Positions 39,048-47,324 of a stretch of 64,000 bases of DNA are shown one piece after another. Source of the DNA: an uncultured Eubacteriales bacterium (GTDB lineage Bacteria > Bacillota > Clostridia > Christensenellales > DTU072); the NCBI GenBank assembly GCA_902766965.1, contig CACXFJ010000081.1, positions 4,332-68,331 of the forward strand, written 5' to 3'. Below the pieces are notes generated by a model. The model searched no databases, was not told where the DNA came from, and worked only from the letters and a program-made list of their open reading frames with translations. Numbering within the stretch: the stretch's first letter is position 1; each line of letters starts with the position of its first letter. The translations under genes and the position numbers were made by a program.

Positions 39048-39870
39048 AATCGAAGCGTTAATTCCGACCGTGGCGGTCATCACCGACGTCCGTAAGGATA
39101 CCCCCGACGTAAAGACGTTCAGAGTGGTTACGCCCGAAGGAAAGAAACCGTTTGAACACAAACCGGGACAGTGCGCAATGCTATCTATTCCCGGCGTAGG
39201 CGAAGCTCTTTTTTCCATAACGAGTTCTCCTACGAACACCGAATATCTCGAATTTTCCATTAAGAAATGCGGTTGCGTGACCGAAATGCTCCACATGCTG
39301 GAACCCGGTCAGCAAATTACCGTTCGCGGACCGTACGGAAGAAGTTTTCCCGTGGACACCGTGTTTAAGGGAAAGAATTTACTGTTTATCGCCGGCGGTA
39401 TCGGTTTGGCTCCGTTAAGAAGCGTAATAAACTACGTCAGAGACAAACGCGGCGACTACGGCAAAGTGGTAATAGTCTACGGCGCGAGAAGCGCGGACGA
39501 CCTCGTCGACTACGAAGAAATCACTAAAGAGTGGGTAAACGAACCCGACTTCGACGTGCGTCTTACCATCGACAGACCGCAGGAAGGCTGGGACGGACAC
39601 GTCGGTTTCGTGCCTACCTACGCGAAGGAACTCAATATCGACAACACTTACACCGCAGTCCTTTGCGGACCGCCTATAATGATTAAGTTCACTTTGCAGG
39701 GACTTCTGGAACAAGGTTTCGAAAAGAAGAACATCTACACCACGCTGGAACTTCGTATGAAGTGCGGCATAGGAAAATGCGGCCGTTGCAACGTGGGCGA
39801 CAAGTACGTCTGTAAAGACGGTCCCGTGTTCTGCATGACGGAACTGGACGAACTGCCCGACGAATATTAA
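39031..39870 (+). CDS. FAD/NAD(P)-binding oxidoreductase with C-terminal 2Fe-2S site (HydG/AsrB/PyrK/FlxA type)
   Basis: Ferredoxin-reductase-type fold (LLFIAGGIGLAPLRS) and a C-terminal CGIGKCGRC motif. It overlaps the upstream gene by 17 nt. Confidence 0.85.
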   Translation: MTTMNKIEALIPTVAVITDVRKDTPDVKTFRVVTPEGKKPFEHKPGQCAMLSIPGVGEALFSITSSPTNTEYLEFSIKKCGCVTEMLHMLEPGQQITVRGPYGRSFPVDTVFKGKNLLFIAGGIGLAPLRSVINYVRDKRGDYGKVVIVYGARSADDLVDYEEITKEWVNEPDFDVRLTIDRPQEGWDGHVGFVPTYAKELNIDNTYTAVLCGPPIMIKFTLQGLLEQGFEKKNIYTTLELRMKCGIGKCGRCNVGDKYVCKDGPVFCMTELDELPDEY

Positions 39871-39901
39871 AAACAAAGTTATTAAAAGGAGTTTTTGTTT
39901 T

Positions 39902-40573
39902 ATGGAAACAGTTAATATATACTTATTCGGAAAAAAATACACCGTACCCGAAGAACTCACCATAATGAAAGCTATGGAGTACTGCGGATACCAACTTATA
40001 AGAGGCTGCGGCTGCCGTAACGGTTTTTGCGGAGCGTGCGCCACGATTTACAGAATAAAAGGGCAGATGGAATTAAAGACCTGCCTTGCTTGTCAGACCA
40101 AGGTCGAAGAGGGAATGTACGTAGCCACTCTTCCCTTCTTCCCCCTCGTAAAACAGGTTTACGACATAGAGAAGATTTCGCCCGAACAGGCAATCATGAT
40201 GCAACTTTATCCCGAAATCTATTCCTGCATAGGTTGCAACGCCTGCACGAAGGCTTGTCCGCAACAGCTTAAAGTTATGCAGTACATAGCCTACGCGCAG
40301 AGAGGAGAATTCGACAAGTGCGCCGAAGAATCTTTCGACTGTGTAATGTGCGGAATATGTTCTTCCCGTTGTCCCGCGGGCATCTCTCATCCGCAGGTAG
40401 CTTTGCTCGCCCGCAGACTTACCGGTAAATATATCGCGCCTAAGTCCGAACATTTGGAAGAGAGAGTCAAAGAAATAGCCGAGGGCAAGTACGAAAAGAT
40501 AATAGAAGACCTTATGCAGAAGCCGCTTGCGGAACTGAAAGAACTCTATAACCACAGAGAAATCGAGAAATAG
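39902..40573 (+). CDS. succinate dehydrogenase/fumarate reductase iron-sulfur subunit-like protein
   Basis: N-terminal 2Fe-2S pattern CRNGFCGACA...CLAC, plus CIGCNACTKACP and CVMCGICSSRCP. 223 aa. Confidence 0.8.
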   Translation: METVNIYLFGKKYTVPEELTIMKAMEYCGYQLIRGCGCRNGFCGACATIYRIKGQMELKTCLACQTKVEEGMYVATLPFFPLVKQVYDIEKISPEQAIMMQLYPEIYSCIGCNACTKACPQQLKVMQYIAYAQRGEFDKCAEESFDCVMCGICSSRCPAGISHPQVALLARRLTGKYIAPKSEHLEERVKEIAEGKYEKIIEDLMQKPLAELKELYNHREIEK

Positions 40574-40584
40574 GAGGGGCAACA

Positions 40585-42192
40585 ATGTATAATTACACGC
40601 AAGAACAACTCGAATCGATGAAGAAAGTCGAAGCGACCCGTAAGGACCGCGTCGGCAAAGAATTAAGACGTATGACCGCCGACGAGAAAGACGCCCTTCT
40701 CAAAAAGTTCCACCCGGACTACATAGAAAGCGCGTACGAAACCTTACAGGTCGGCGTAAACAAGGGAGACAAAGTCCTTCACGAACTCGCCGGACTCTTA
40801 CAGGGTAAGTCGAGAGTGCTCGACATGGATATCGACCTTAACAAGGTAGACTACGACGTAGACGTGCTTATAATAGGGGGCGGCGGAGCAGGCTGCTCGG
40901 CGGCAATAGAAGCCGACAATAAGGGAGCAAAGACTATGATAGTCACCAAGCTCCGTATGGGCGACGCCAACACGATGATGGCGGAAGGCGGAATTCAAGC
41001 CGCCGACAAACCCAACGATTCGCCGGCCATCCACTATATCGACGCTTTGGGCGGCGGACACTTCACCAACAAACCCGAACTTTTGAGAAAGCTCGTTTGC
41101 GAAGCTCCCGAAGCTATCGAATGGCTCAACGAACTCGGCGTTATGTTCGACAAAGCCCCCGACGGAACTATGATTACCACTCACGGCGGCGGCACGAGCA
41201 GAAAGAGAATGCACGCTTGCCGCGACTATTCGGGAGCGGAAATAATGAGAGTTCTTCGCGACGAAGTTCTTAACAGACAGGGGATAACGATAGTCGATTT
41301 CGCCCCCGCGATAGAACTTATCAAAGACTCCGAAGGCAAAGCAGCGGGAGCGGTTCTTATGAATCTCGAAACGAAAGAAATTCTCGTAGCGAGAGCAAAG
41401 ACCGTCATTATAGCGACGGGCGGCGCGGGAAGACTTCATTATCAGGGATTCCCGACGAGCAACCATTACGGAGCTACCGCCGACGGATTAGTTCTTGCTT
41501 ACAGAGCGGGAGCCAAACTTCTTTACGAAGACACTTTGCAGTATCACCCGACGGGAGCCGCTTGCCCCACTCAGATTTTCGGCGCGCTCGTTACCGAAAA
41601 GGTTCGTTCCTTGGGAGCGCAGCTCATCAACAAGGAAGGCGAAGCCTTTATGAACCCGTTGGAAACCCGCGACGTGTCAGCGTCTTCCATAATAAGAGAA
41701 TGTAAAGAAAGACGCAACGGCGTAAAGACCACCGACGGCGAAGGCGTATGGCTCGACACCCCGATGATAGAAATTTTGGGCGGGGAAGGAACCATCGAAA
41801 AGAGAATCCCGGCTATGATGAGAATGTTCGGTAAATACGGTATCGATATAAGGAAAGAACCTATTTTGGTTTATCCTACCTTACACTATCAGAACGGCGG
41901 TATCGAAATAGGCGCAAACGGTATGACCAACATAGAAAACCTCTACGTCGCGGGAGAAGCCGTAGGAGGAATTCACGGTCGTAACAGACTTATGGGCAAC
42001 AGCCTTTTGGACATCATAGTATTCGGTCGTAACGCCGGTCGAAACGCAGGGGAGAAGTGCAAGACCGTAGAAGTAAAAGACCTTACGTTAAGCCACGTCG
42101 AGGCGTTCGATAAAGAACTTCACGACGCAGGGATAGAGCCTACGGAGCTTTCTCCGAGAATTCTTCCCGATTACAGAAGAAAAGATATGTAA
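40585..42192 (+). CDS. fumarate reductase/succinate dehydrogenase flavoprotein-like FAD protein (soluble type)
   Basis: GGGGAG FAD motif, HPTG, TEKVRSLGA (Arg in the position of the proton donor), HYQNGG and GIHGRNRLMGNSL. There is no His at the covalent-FAD position (GDANTMMAEGG), and there is an ~85-aa N-terminal extension. Confidence 0.8.
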   Translation: MYNYTQEQLESMKKVEATRKDRVGKELRRMTADEKDALLKKFHPDYIESAYETLQVGVNKGDKVLHELAGLLQGKSRVLDMDIDLNKVDYDVDVLIIGGGGAGCSAAIEADNKGAKTMIVTKLRMGDANTMMAEGGIQAADKPNDSPAIHYIDALGGGHFTNKPELLRKLVCEAPEAIEWLNELGVMFDKAPDGTMITTHGGGTSRKRMHACRDYSGAEIMRVLRDEVLNRQGITIVDFAPAIELIKDSEGKAAGAVLMNLETKEILVARAKTVIIATGGAGRLHYQGFPTSNHYGATADGLVLAYRAGAKLLYEDTLQYHPTGAACPTQIFGALVTEKVRSLGAQLINKEGEAFMNPLETRDVSASSIIRECKERRNGVKTTDGEGVWLDTPMIEILGGEGTIEKRIPAMMRMFGKYGIDIRKEPILVYPTLHYQNGGIEIGANGMTNIENLYVAGEAVGGIHGRNRLMGNSLLDIIVFGRNAGRNAGEKCKTVEVKDLTLSHVEAFDKELHDAGIEPTELSPRILPDYRRKDM

Positions 42193-42244
42193 TGATTTAG
42201 GGGGCGGATTTTTTCCGTCCCCCGAATAATATTCAGGAGTAATA

Positions 42245-43687
42245 ATGGGAACAGACAACACACAGAAAAAAAACCTTAAATGGGTTTGGATAGCTCTCGC
42301 CGCGGTAATTGCGGCGGGTATAATCGCGTGGTGTATCTATTGCGCTACGCAGGCTAAGGGGATATCGGGGATATTCAAATTCTCCACGTCGAAAGTTAAA
42401 CTCGGCACGGACGTCGACGGCAACGTAATCGCGCCGACTTATTCGGTAATAGCTTTGCTTTCGGGTATATTCATTATAGCCACTCTCGGTTATCTTCTCG
42501 GAAGCATAACCATAAAAGGCGTGTCTTTGGGGACGGCGGGCGTATTCCTCGTGGCTATTCTTTACGGATATTTATGCACCCTTATCCCTGCCGATTTACC
42601 CATCATAGGGGCGTTCGGTATTAAGAATTCTTCCGCGCTTATGTACAATATGTACGGGTCTGTCGTTCAGAACATAGGTCTCGTGCTGTTCGTGGCGGCG
42701 GTAGGTTTTATCGCGGGACCGAGCTTTTTCAGAAACTTCAAAAAGAACGCTAAGTCCTACGTCGTTCTCGGACTTATAATTATCCTTTCGGGAGCCGTAC
42801 TTTCCGTTCTGTTTGCGATTATCCCCGGAATAGGTTCCGACTTCTCGGCAGGTATCCTTTCGGGCGCTCTCACTTCTACCCCCGGTTTTTCCGCGGCGCA
42901 GGAAGCGGCAAGGTCGAGCGGCGGCAGCGTGGACCTGGTTACTCTCGGGTACGCGATAGCTTATCCGTTCGGAGTAATAGGCGTGGTTCTGTTCGTTCAG
43001 CTTATGCCTAAGTTCCTTAAAGCCGATATGGAAAAGGAAAGAGCCTTACTCAAAGTCGGTATGGGCGAAAAGGTGGAAAGAAAGGAAGGACTCTTCCGCT
43101 GCGACAGCTTCGGACTTATGCCGTTCAGCCTGGCGGTCGTGCTCGGTCTTATTTTAGGCTCCATAAACATTCCGCTTACCGGCAAAGGTTATAACGGAAC
43201 CTGCTTCTCGTTGGGCAACACCGGCGGCGTTCTTATCATGTGCCTTATTATGGGTCACTTCGGACGCATCGGAAAAATGTCCATGGAAGTCAACGAAAAA
43301 ACCTCGAAAGTTTTCCGCGAATTCGGACTTATGCTCTTCCTTATGGGCGCCGGCGTTTCCGGCGGCGTGAGCCTCGTGTCGGAAATCAGTAAGTCGAGTT
43401 TGGGTGCCATGCTCGTATTATATGGGTTCCTTGGCGGAGCTTTGATGACCTTGGCGCCGATGATTGCGGGTTACTTCTTCGCAAGATACGTATTGAAATT
43501 GCCGATGCTCAACATATTAGGGTCGATAACGGGGGGTATGACGTCCACTCCCGCGCTCGGCACGCTCATTAACGTGGCGGGAACCGACGACGTAGCTTCC
43601 GCGTACGCTTCCACTTATCCCGTGGCTCTCGTACTCGTAGTGCTTGCGTCGCAGTTTATAATTACCCTTTTGCCCGCGGCGGTATAA
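42245..43687 (+). CDS. AAE-family (AspT/YidE/YbjL/SucE-like) transporter
   Basis: 480 aa with two homologous 5-6 TM halves joined by a short hydrophilic linker. A terminator follows at 43715-43744. Confidence 0.75.
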   Translation: MGTDNTQKKNLKWVWIALAAVIAAGIIAWCIYCATQAKGISGIFKFSTSKVKLGTDVDGNVIAPTYSVIALLSGIFIIATLGYLLGSITIKGVSLGTAGVFLVAILYGYLCTLIPADLPIIGAFGIKNSSALMYNMYGSVVQNIGLVLFVAAVGFIAGPSFFRNFKKNAKSYVVLGLIIILSGAVLSVLFAIIPGIGSDFSAGILSGALTSTPGFSAAQEAARSSGGSVDLVTLGYAIAYPFGVIGVVLFVQLMPKFLKADMEKERALLKVGMGEKVERKEGLFRCDSFGLMPFSLAVVLGLILGSINIPLTGKGYNGTCFSLGNTGGVLIMCLIMGHFGRIGKMSMEVNEKTSKVFREFGLMLFLMGAGVSGGVSLVSEISKSSLGAMLVLYGFLGGALMTLAPMIAGYFFARYVLKLPMLNILGSITGGMTSTPALGTLINVAGTDDVASAYASTYPVALVLVVLASQFIITLLPAAV

Positions 43688-43714
43688 AGGTAATTCCGAC
43701 GAAAAAAGACTAAT

Positions 43715-43744
43715 AAAAGCGTCGCGGTAATTTGTGACGCTTTT
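43715..43744 (+). terminator. intrinsic terminator after the AAE transporter (end of the fum-hdr-frd operon)
   Basis: Stem AGCGTC/GACGCT followed by TTTTGTT. Confidence 0.7.
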
Positions 43745-43789
43745 GTTAAATAACGTATAGTAGATTAAAGAAAACGGGATAATGGTTTT

Positions 43790-44629
43790 ATGACGAAAAA
43801 AAGAATACTTACGGCGCAGGATATTTCCTGTATAGGAAAATGTTCTTTGGCGGTGGCTTTACCGATAATATCGGCTTGCGGAGCGGAAGCGGCGCCTTTG
43901 CCGACGGCGTATCTGTCGTCGCATACGGCTTTTCCCGACTACTATTTCCGACCGCTTACCGAAGAAATGGAAAATTCAATTAGTAAGTTCGTTTCGCAAA
44001 AAGTTTTGTTCGACGGAATTTACAGCGGTTTTTTAGGAGAAAGAAGGCAGATAAAAATTCTTTCCGAAGCGGCGGATAAGTTAAGAAAAGACGGCGCGTT
44101 CGTCATTATAGACCCCGCGATGGCGGACTTCGGAGAGTTGTACCCGTGTTTTGACGGCGGTTTCGTCGAAGATATGAAAGAGTATATAAAAAAAGCCGAC
44201 GTAATAGTACCCAACCTTACCGAAGCGGCAATTCTTACCGATACGCCGTACAAAAACTGCGGATACGGCAGAGATTACGTCGAAAAGATAATAAAAAAAC
44301 TTTCCGACGGAAAACGGAAAGTCGTAATTACGGGAATAAGTTTCGACGATAAAAAAGTGGGGGCGTACGGATACGACGGGGAAAAATATTTTTACGTCGC
44401 CGACAAAAAATTCGACGGCAGGTTTTACGGCACGGGCGATATATTCGCAAGCGTACTTTGCGGAAAATTGTCGGCAGGCGACGAGTTCGTTCCGGCGGTG
44501 AAAGCGGCGGTCTCTTTTACGGCGGAGAGTATAAAACAGACCGTCGAAAGTCGCGACCGAGTCTGGTACGGTGTGGAATTCGAGAAAATTTTACACAAAC
44601 TATCCGATGATAGGCGAAGCGAAAATTAA
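43790..44629 (+). CDS. pdxK: pyridoxal/pyridoxamine kinase
   Basis: 279 aa with a ribokinase-fold PdxK pattern (DISCIGKCSLAVALPI..., YGTGDIFAS). Confidence 0.8.
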   Translation: MTKKRILTAQDISCIGKCSLAVALPIISACGAEAAPLPTAYLSSHTAFPDYYFRPLTEEMENSISKFVSQKVLFDGIYSGFLGERRQIKILSEAADKLRKDGAFVIIDPAMADFGELYPCFDGGFVEDMKEYIKKADVIVPNLTEAAILTDTPYKNCGYGRDYVEKIIKKLSDGKRKVVITGISFDDKKVGAYGYDGEKYFYVADKKFDGRFYGTGDIFASVLCGKLSAGDEFVPAVKAAVSFTAESIKQTVESRDRVWYGVEFEKILHKLSDDRRSEN

Positions 44630-44652
44630 AGTTTTTTATGCGGACGCCGTAA

Positions 44653-45294
44653 TTACACGACGGTAAGCAATTCTTCCGGGGAATGAATGAGAATAGTAGC
44701 GCCGACCGATTTGAGATACGGTTCGGAGCGAAAGCCCCAACATACGCTTACGCAAGGAAGAGCGGCGTTTTTTGCGGTGGCGATATCGACTTCGCTGTCG
44801 CCTATATAGACGGCGTCCGAACGGGGAACGTTGAGGGCGGACAGTACGAAATTTACCGAATCGGGATAGGGCTTTTTTCTTATCCCGTCCTTTTGTCCCG
44901 TTACCGAGTCGAATATATCGGGGAAATGTAAATTTACCAAGTTCTGTACGGCGGAGTCGATTTTATTCGATACGACCGCCAAAAGGCAACCTTTCTTTTT
45001 AAGTTCGGACAAAACATTCTTTATTCCGTCGTAAGGGCGTGTGGAGTCGTTGCAATGCTCCGCGTAGTAGGTTTTGAAATCGGCAAACACGGTATCCGTT
45101 ACTCTTTCGGGCGTACCGTACGGCACGCTCAAATCAATAAGTTTTCTTATGCCGTTGCCCGTGAAAGCGGTGACTTCGTCAATATTTCTTACGGGAAGTC
45201 CGCTTTTTTCGAGCGAATAATTCACCGCGACGTACAAGTCGTTTATGGTGTCGAGGATAGTTCCGTCAAGGTCGAAAATAAACAGTTTTTTCAT
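44653..45294 (-). CDS. HAD-family phosphatase (phosphoglycolate-phosphatase-like)
   Basis: Motif I FDLDGTILDT and motif IV GDSEVD. I chose the start at MKKLFIF (45294); the track ORF extends 17 codons further. Confidence 0.85.
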   Translation of the reverse strand: MKKLFIFDLDGTILDTINDLYVAVNYSLEKSGLPVRNIDEVTAFTGNGIRKLIDLSVPYGTPERVTDTVFADFKTYYAEHCNDSTRPYDGIKNVLSELKKKGCLLAVVSNKIDSAVQNLVNLHFPDIFDSVTGQKDGIRKKPYPDSVNFVLSALNVPRSDAVYIGDSEVDIATAKNAALPCVSVCWGFRSEPYLKSVGATILIHSPEELLTVV

Positions 45295-45482
45295 TTTATC
45301 CGATATGCTTTTTAAGGTATATGTATTCCGACAATAATTTAACATTGAAAAAAAGGTTTGTCAACCGATAAACGCGAAGAGAGAAAAATCGCGACGCAAA
45401 ATATGAAAAAAGTTTCACATTTTATTTGACGAGGGCAAAGAATAGTGATAAGATAAGTATAGACAGGAACGACGTTCGCGGT

Positions 45483-45532
45483 TATACCGACCTCCGCGAG
45501 AATGGCGGAACGCGTGGACGGTGATATTTTTT
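45483..45532 (+). other. terminator-like hairpin plus T-run inside the leader of the HMA gene (candidate attenuator or ~70-nt sRNA)
   Basis: An imperfect stem spans 45483-45526, followed by TTTTTT at 45527-45532. A TTGACG-17-TAAGAT promoter-like element lies at 45426-45454, and the ATG is at 45607. Confidence 0.4.
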
Positions 45533-45606
45533 GCGGACAATACGATATAAATATTAGCGTGTTTGGGTATCCGAAACACAATATCGGGTATGCGTAAGGA
45601 GAATAT

Positions 45607-45864
45607 ATGAAAAAAACCACTTTGAAAATCGACGGTATGATGTGCGGCATGTGCGAATCGCACGTGAACGATATTATAAGAAAAACTTTCCCCGTGAAAA
45701 AAGTGACTTCTTCGCACGTCAAGGGCGAAACGGTCGTTATATCCGACGATTTGTTCGACGAAGAGCAATTGAAGAGCGCCGTCGAATCTACCGGTTATCG
45801 CGTGTCGGGAATAAAAACGGAAAACTACGAAAAGAAAGGACTTTTTTCTTTTCTGAAAAAATAA
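45607..45864 (+). CDS. heavy-metal-associated (HMA) domain metallochaperone
   Basis: GMMCGMCESHV metal-binding motif, 85 aa, with AGGAG upstream. Confidence 0.85.
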   Translation: MKKTTLKIDGMMCGMCESHVNDIIRKTFPVKKVTSSHVKGETVVISDDLFDEEQLKSAVESTGYRVSGIKTENYEKKGLFSFLKK

Positions 45865-45911
45865 TTTGCGTATTTGAGATAATAGTGTATCCTTGAAATA
45901 TATTTTTTTGC

Positions 45912-45947
45912 AAAAAGAGCGAGAACGTAACCGTTTTCGCTCTTTTT
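45912..45947. terminator. bidirectional terminator between HMA gene and methyltransferase gene
   Basis: AAAAA-GAGCGA...TCGCTC-TTTTT. Confidence 0.75.
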
Positions 45948-45974
45948 CGTCATCGGTTTTTCCGTCGGTACGGA

Positions 45975-47108
45975 CTATTTTTTCGGGGAATTGCCGAAGC
46001 GGTTGTACATATAGTAGTGGCACTCTTTGTCGGCGTTAAAGAATTTTCTGTTGGCGTCGGATTTTTTGCCGAAAGCCTTTTCGAACTGCGGAGCGGAAGT
46101 GATTACGTTTATTTCCCAATCGGGAAGATTTTTTACCGCGTCGCCGAAAGTACGGTAAAGTAAATTCGCTTCTCTCGGAGTAAGCAGCCTTTCTCCGTAA
46201 GGGGGATTAGTCACGATTACGCCGTTTTTTAACGAACTGCTTAATTCTTTTACGTCGCGGACCTGAAAATGAACGTAATTCCTTACCCCGGCTTTTTCGG
46301 CGTGTCGCAAGGATAGTTTTATTGCGTCGGGGTCTATATCGTAGCCGGCGAAATCGAGTTTCCGTAAATTTTCGTTATCTCTCGCTTCTTCCAAGGATAG
46401 GTCGTAGACCGACTTGTCGAAGGTATCCCAATGGCGGTAAGCGAAATCTCTGTCTCGCCCGGGAGCTATGCCGAGAGCCATTCTCGCCCCTTCGGTGACG
46501 AGCGTACCCGAACCGCAAAACGGGTCGATAAAAGGTCTTTCCGCCGAAAAACCGGAAAGAAGAAGCAACGCGCAGGCGAGGGTTTCTTTCATCGGAGCCG
46601 CTCCGACGAAGTCGCGGTATCCGCGTTTGTGCAGTCCTTTCCCCGAAGTGTTTATAAGGAGCGTGCATAAATCGTTCCTTATCGAAAATACTATTTCGGT
46701 TTCCGCGCCGTTTTCGGGGAAATACGAAGTTTTCGTGGCGAAAGCAAGCCGTTTGAAGATGGCTTTTTTTATGATTTTCTGACAGTCGGAAAGGGAGAAA
46801 AGTCGACTTTTTACCGATTTTCCGTTGACGATTACCCGGCTTGATTTAGTAAGATAGTTTTCCCACGGAAGGGAGTAGACCGCGTCGAAAAGTTCGTCGA
46901 AAGATTCGGACGGGAAAGTCGCTACTTTAATATACACTCTCTCGGCGGTATGAAGAAACATATTCAGTTTTGCCACGGCTTTTTCGTCGCCCGACAGGTT
47001 TATGCTGCCGTCGATGGCTTTCGCGTCGAAAAACGACATTTTGCGGAGTTCTTTTTTCAATACGCTTTCCGTACCGAAAGCGCAGGTTACGACAATATCA
47101 TAGTTCAT
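45975..47108 (-). CDS. THUMP-domain class I SAM-dependent RNA methyltransferase
   Basis: N-terminal THUMP-like region, SAM motif DPFCGSGT and catalytic NPPYGERL. Confidence 0.85.
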   Translation of the reverse strand: MNYDIVVTCAFGTESVLKKELRKMSFFDAKAIDGSINLSGDEKAVAKLNMFLHTAERVYIKVATFPSESFDELFDAVYSLPWENYLTKSSRVIVNGKSVKSRLFSLSDCQKIIKKAIFKRLAFATKTSYFPENGAETEIVFSIRNDLCTLLINTSGKGLHKRGYRDFVGAAPMKETLACALLLLSGFSAERPFIDPFCGSGTLVTEGARMALGIAPGRDRDFAYRHWDTFDKSVYDLSLEEARDNENLRKLDFAGYDIDPDAIKLSLRHAEKAGVRNYVHFQVRDVKELSSSLKNGVIVTNPPYGERLLTPREANLLYRTFGDAVKNLPDWEINVITSAPQFEKAFGKKSDANRKFFNADKECHYYMYNRFGNSPKK

Positions 47109-47261
47109 ACGACGATTTTACCACGGTTTTGCCGATTAGGAAACTGTTTAGCGATAAACGGCGGTTTTTCTTTCCGCAAGGTTTGATAAAACGGCGTTTG
47201 GCAGGGCGGTTTTTCTCACGCGTGCGTACGCAGTATAAGTATTAAATAAAAAATTTAGCTA

Positions 47262-47290
47262 TTGACTAAGACGAATACGTAATGTATAAT
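47262..47290 (+). promoter_or_regulatory. candidate promoter of the two-gene membrane-protein operon (TTGACT-17-TATAAT)
   Basis: Hexamers at 47262-47267 and 47285-47290. Confidence 0.6.
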
Positions 47291-47324
47291 AAAGAGGAAA
47301 TTTTAACTTAGGAGAGTTGATGCA

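Noticed and set aside
45295-45345. 17-codon extension of the HAD phosphatase ORF
   Set aside because: HAD motif I normally lies within the first ~10 residues. MKKLFIFDLDGT at 45294 fits that expectation.
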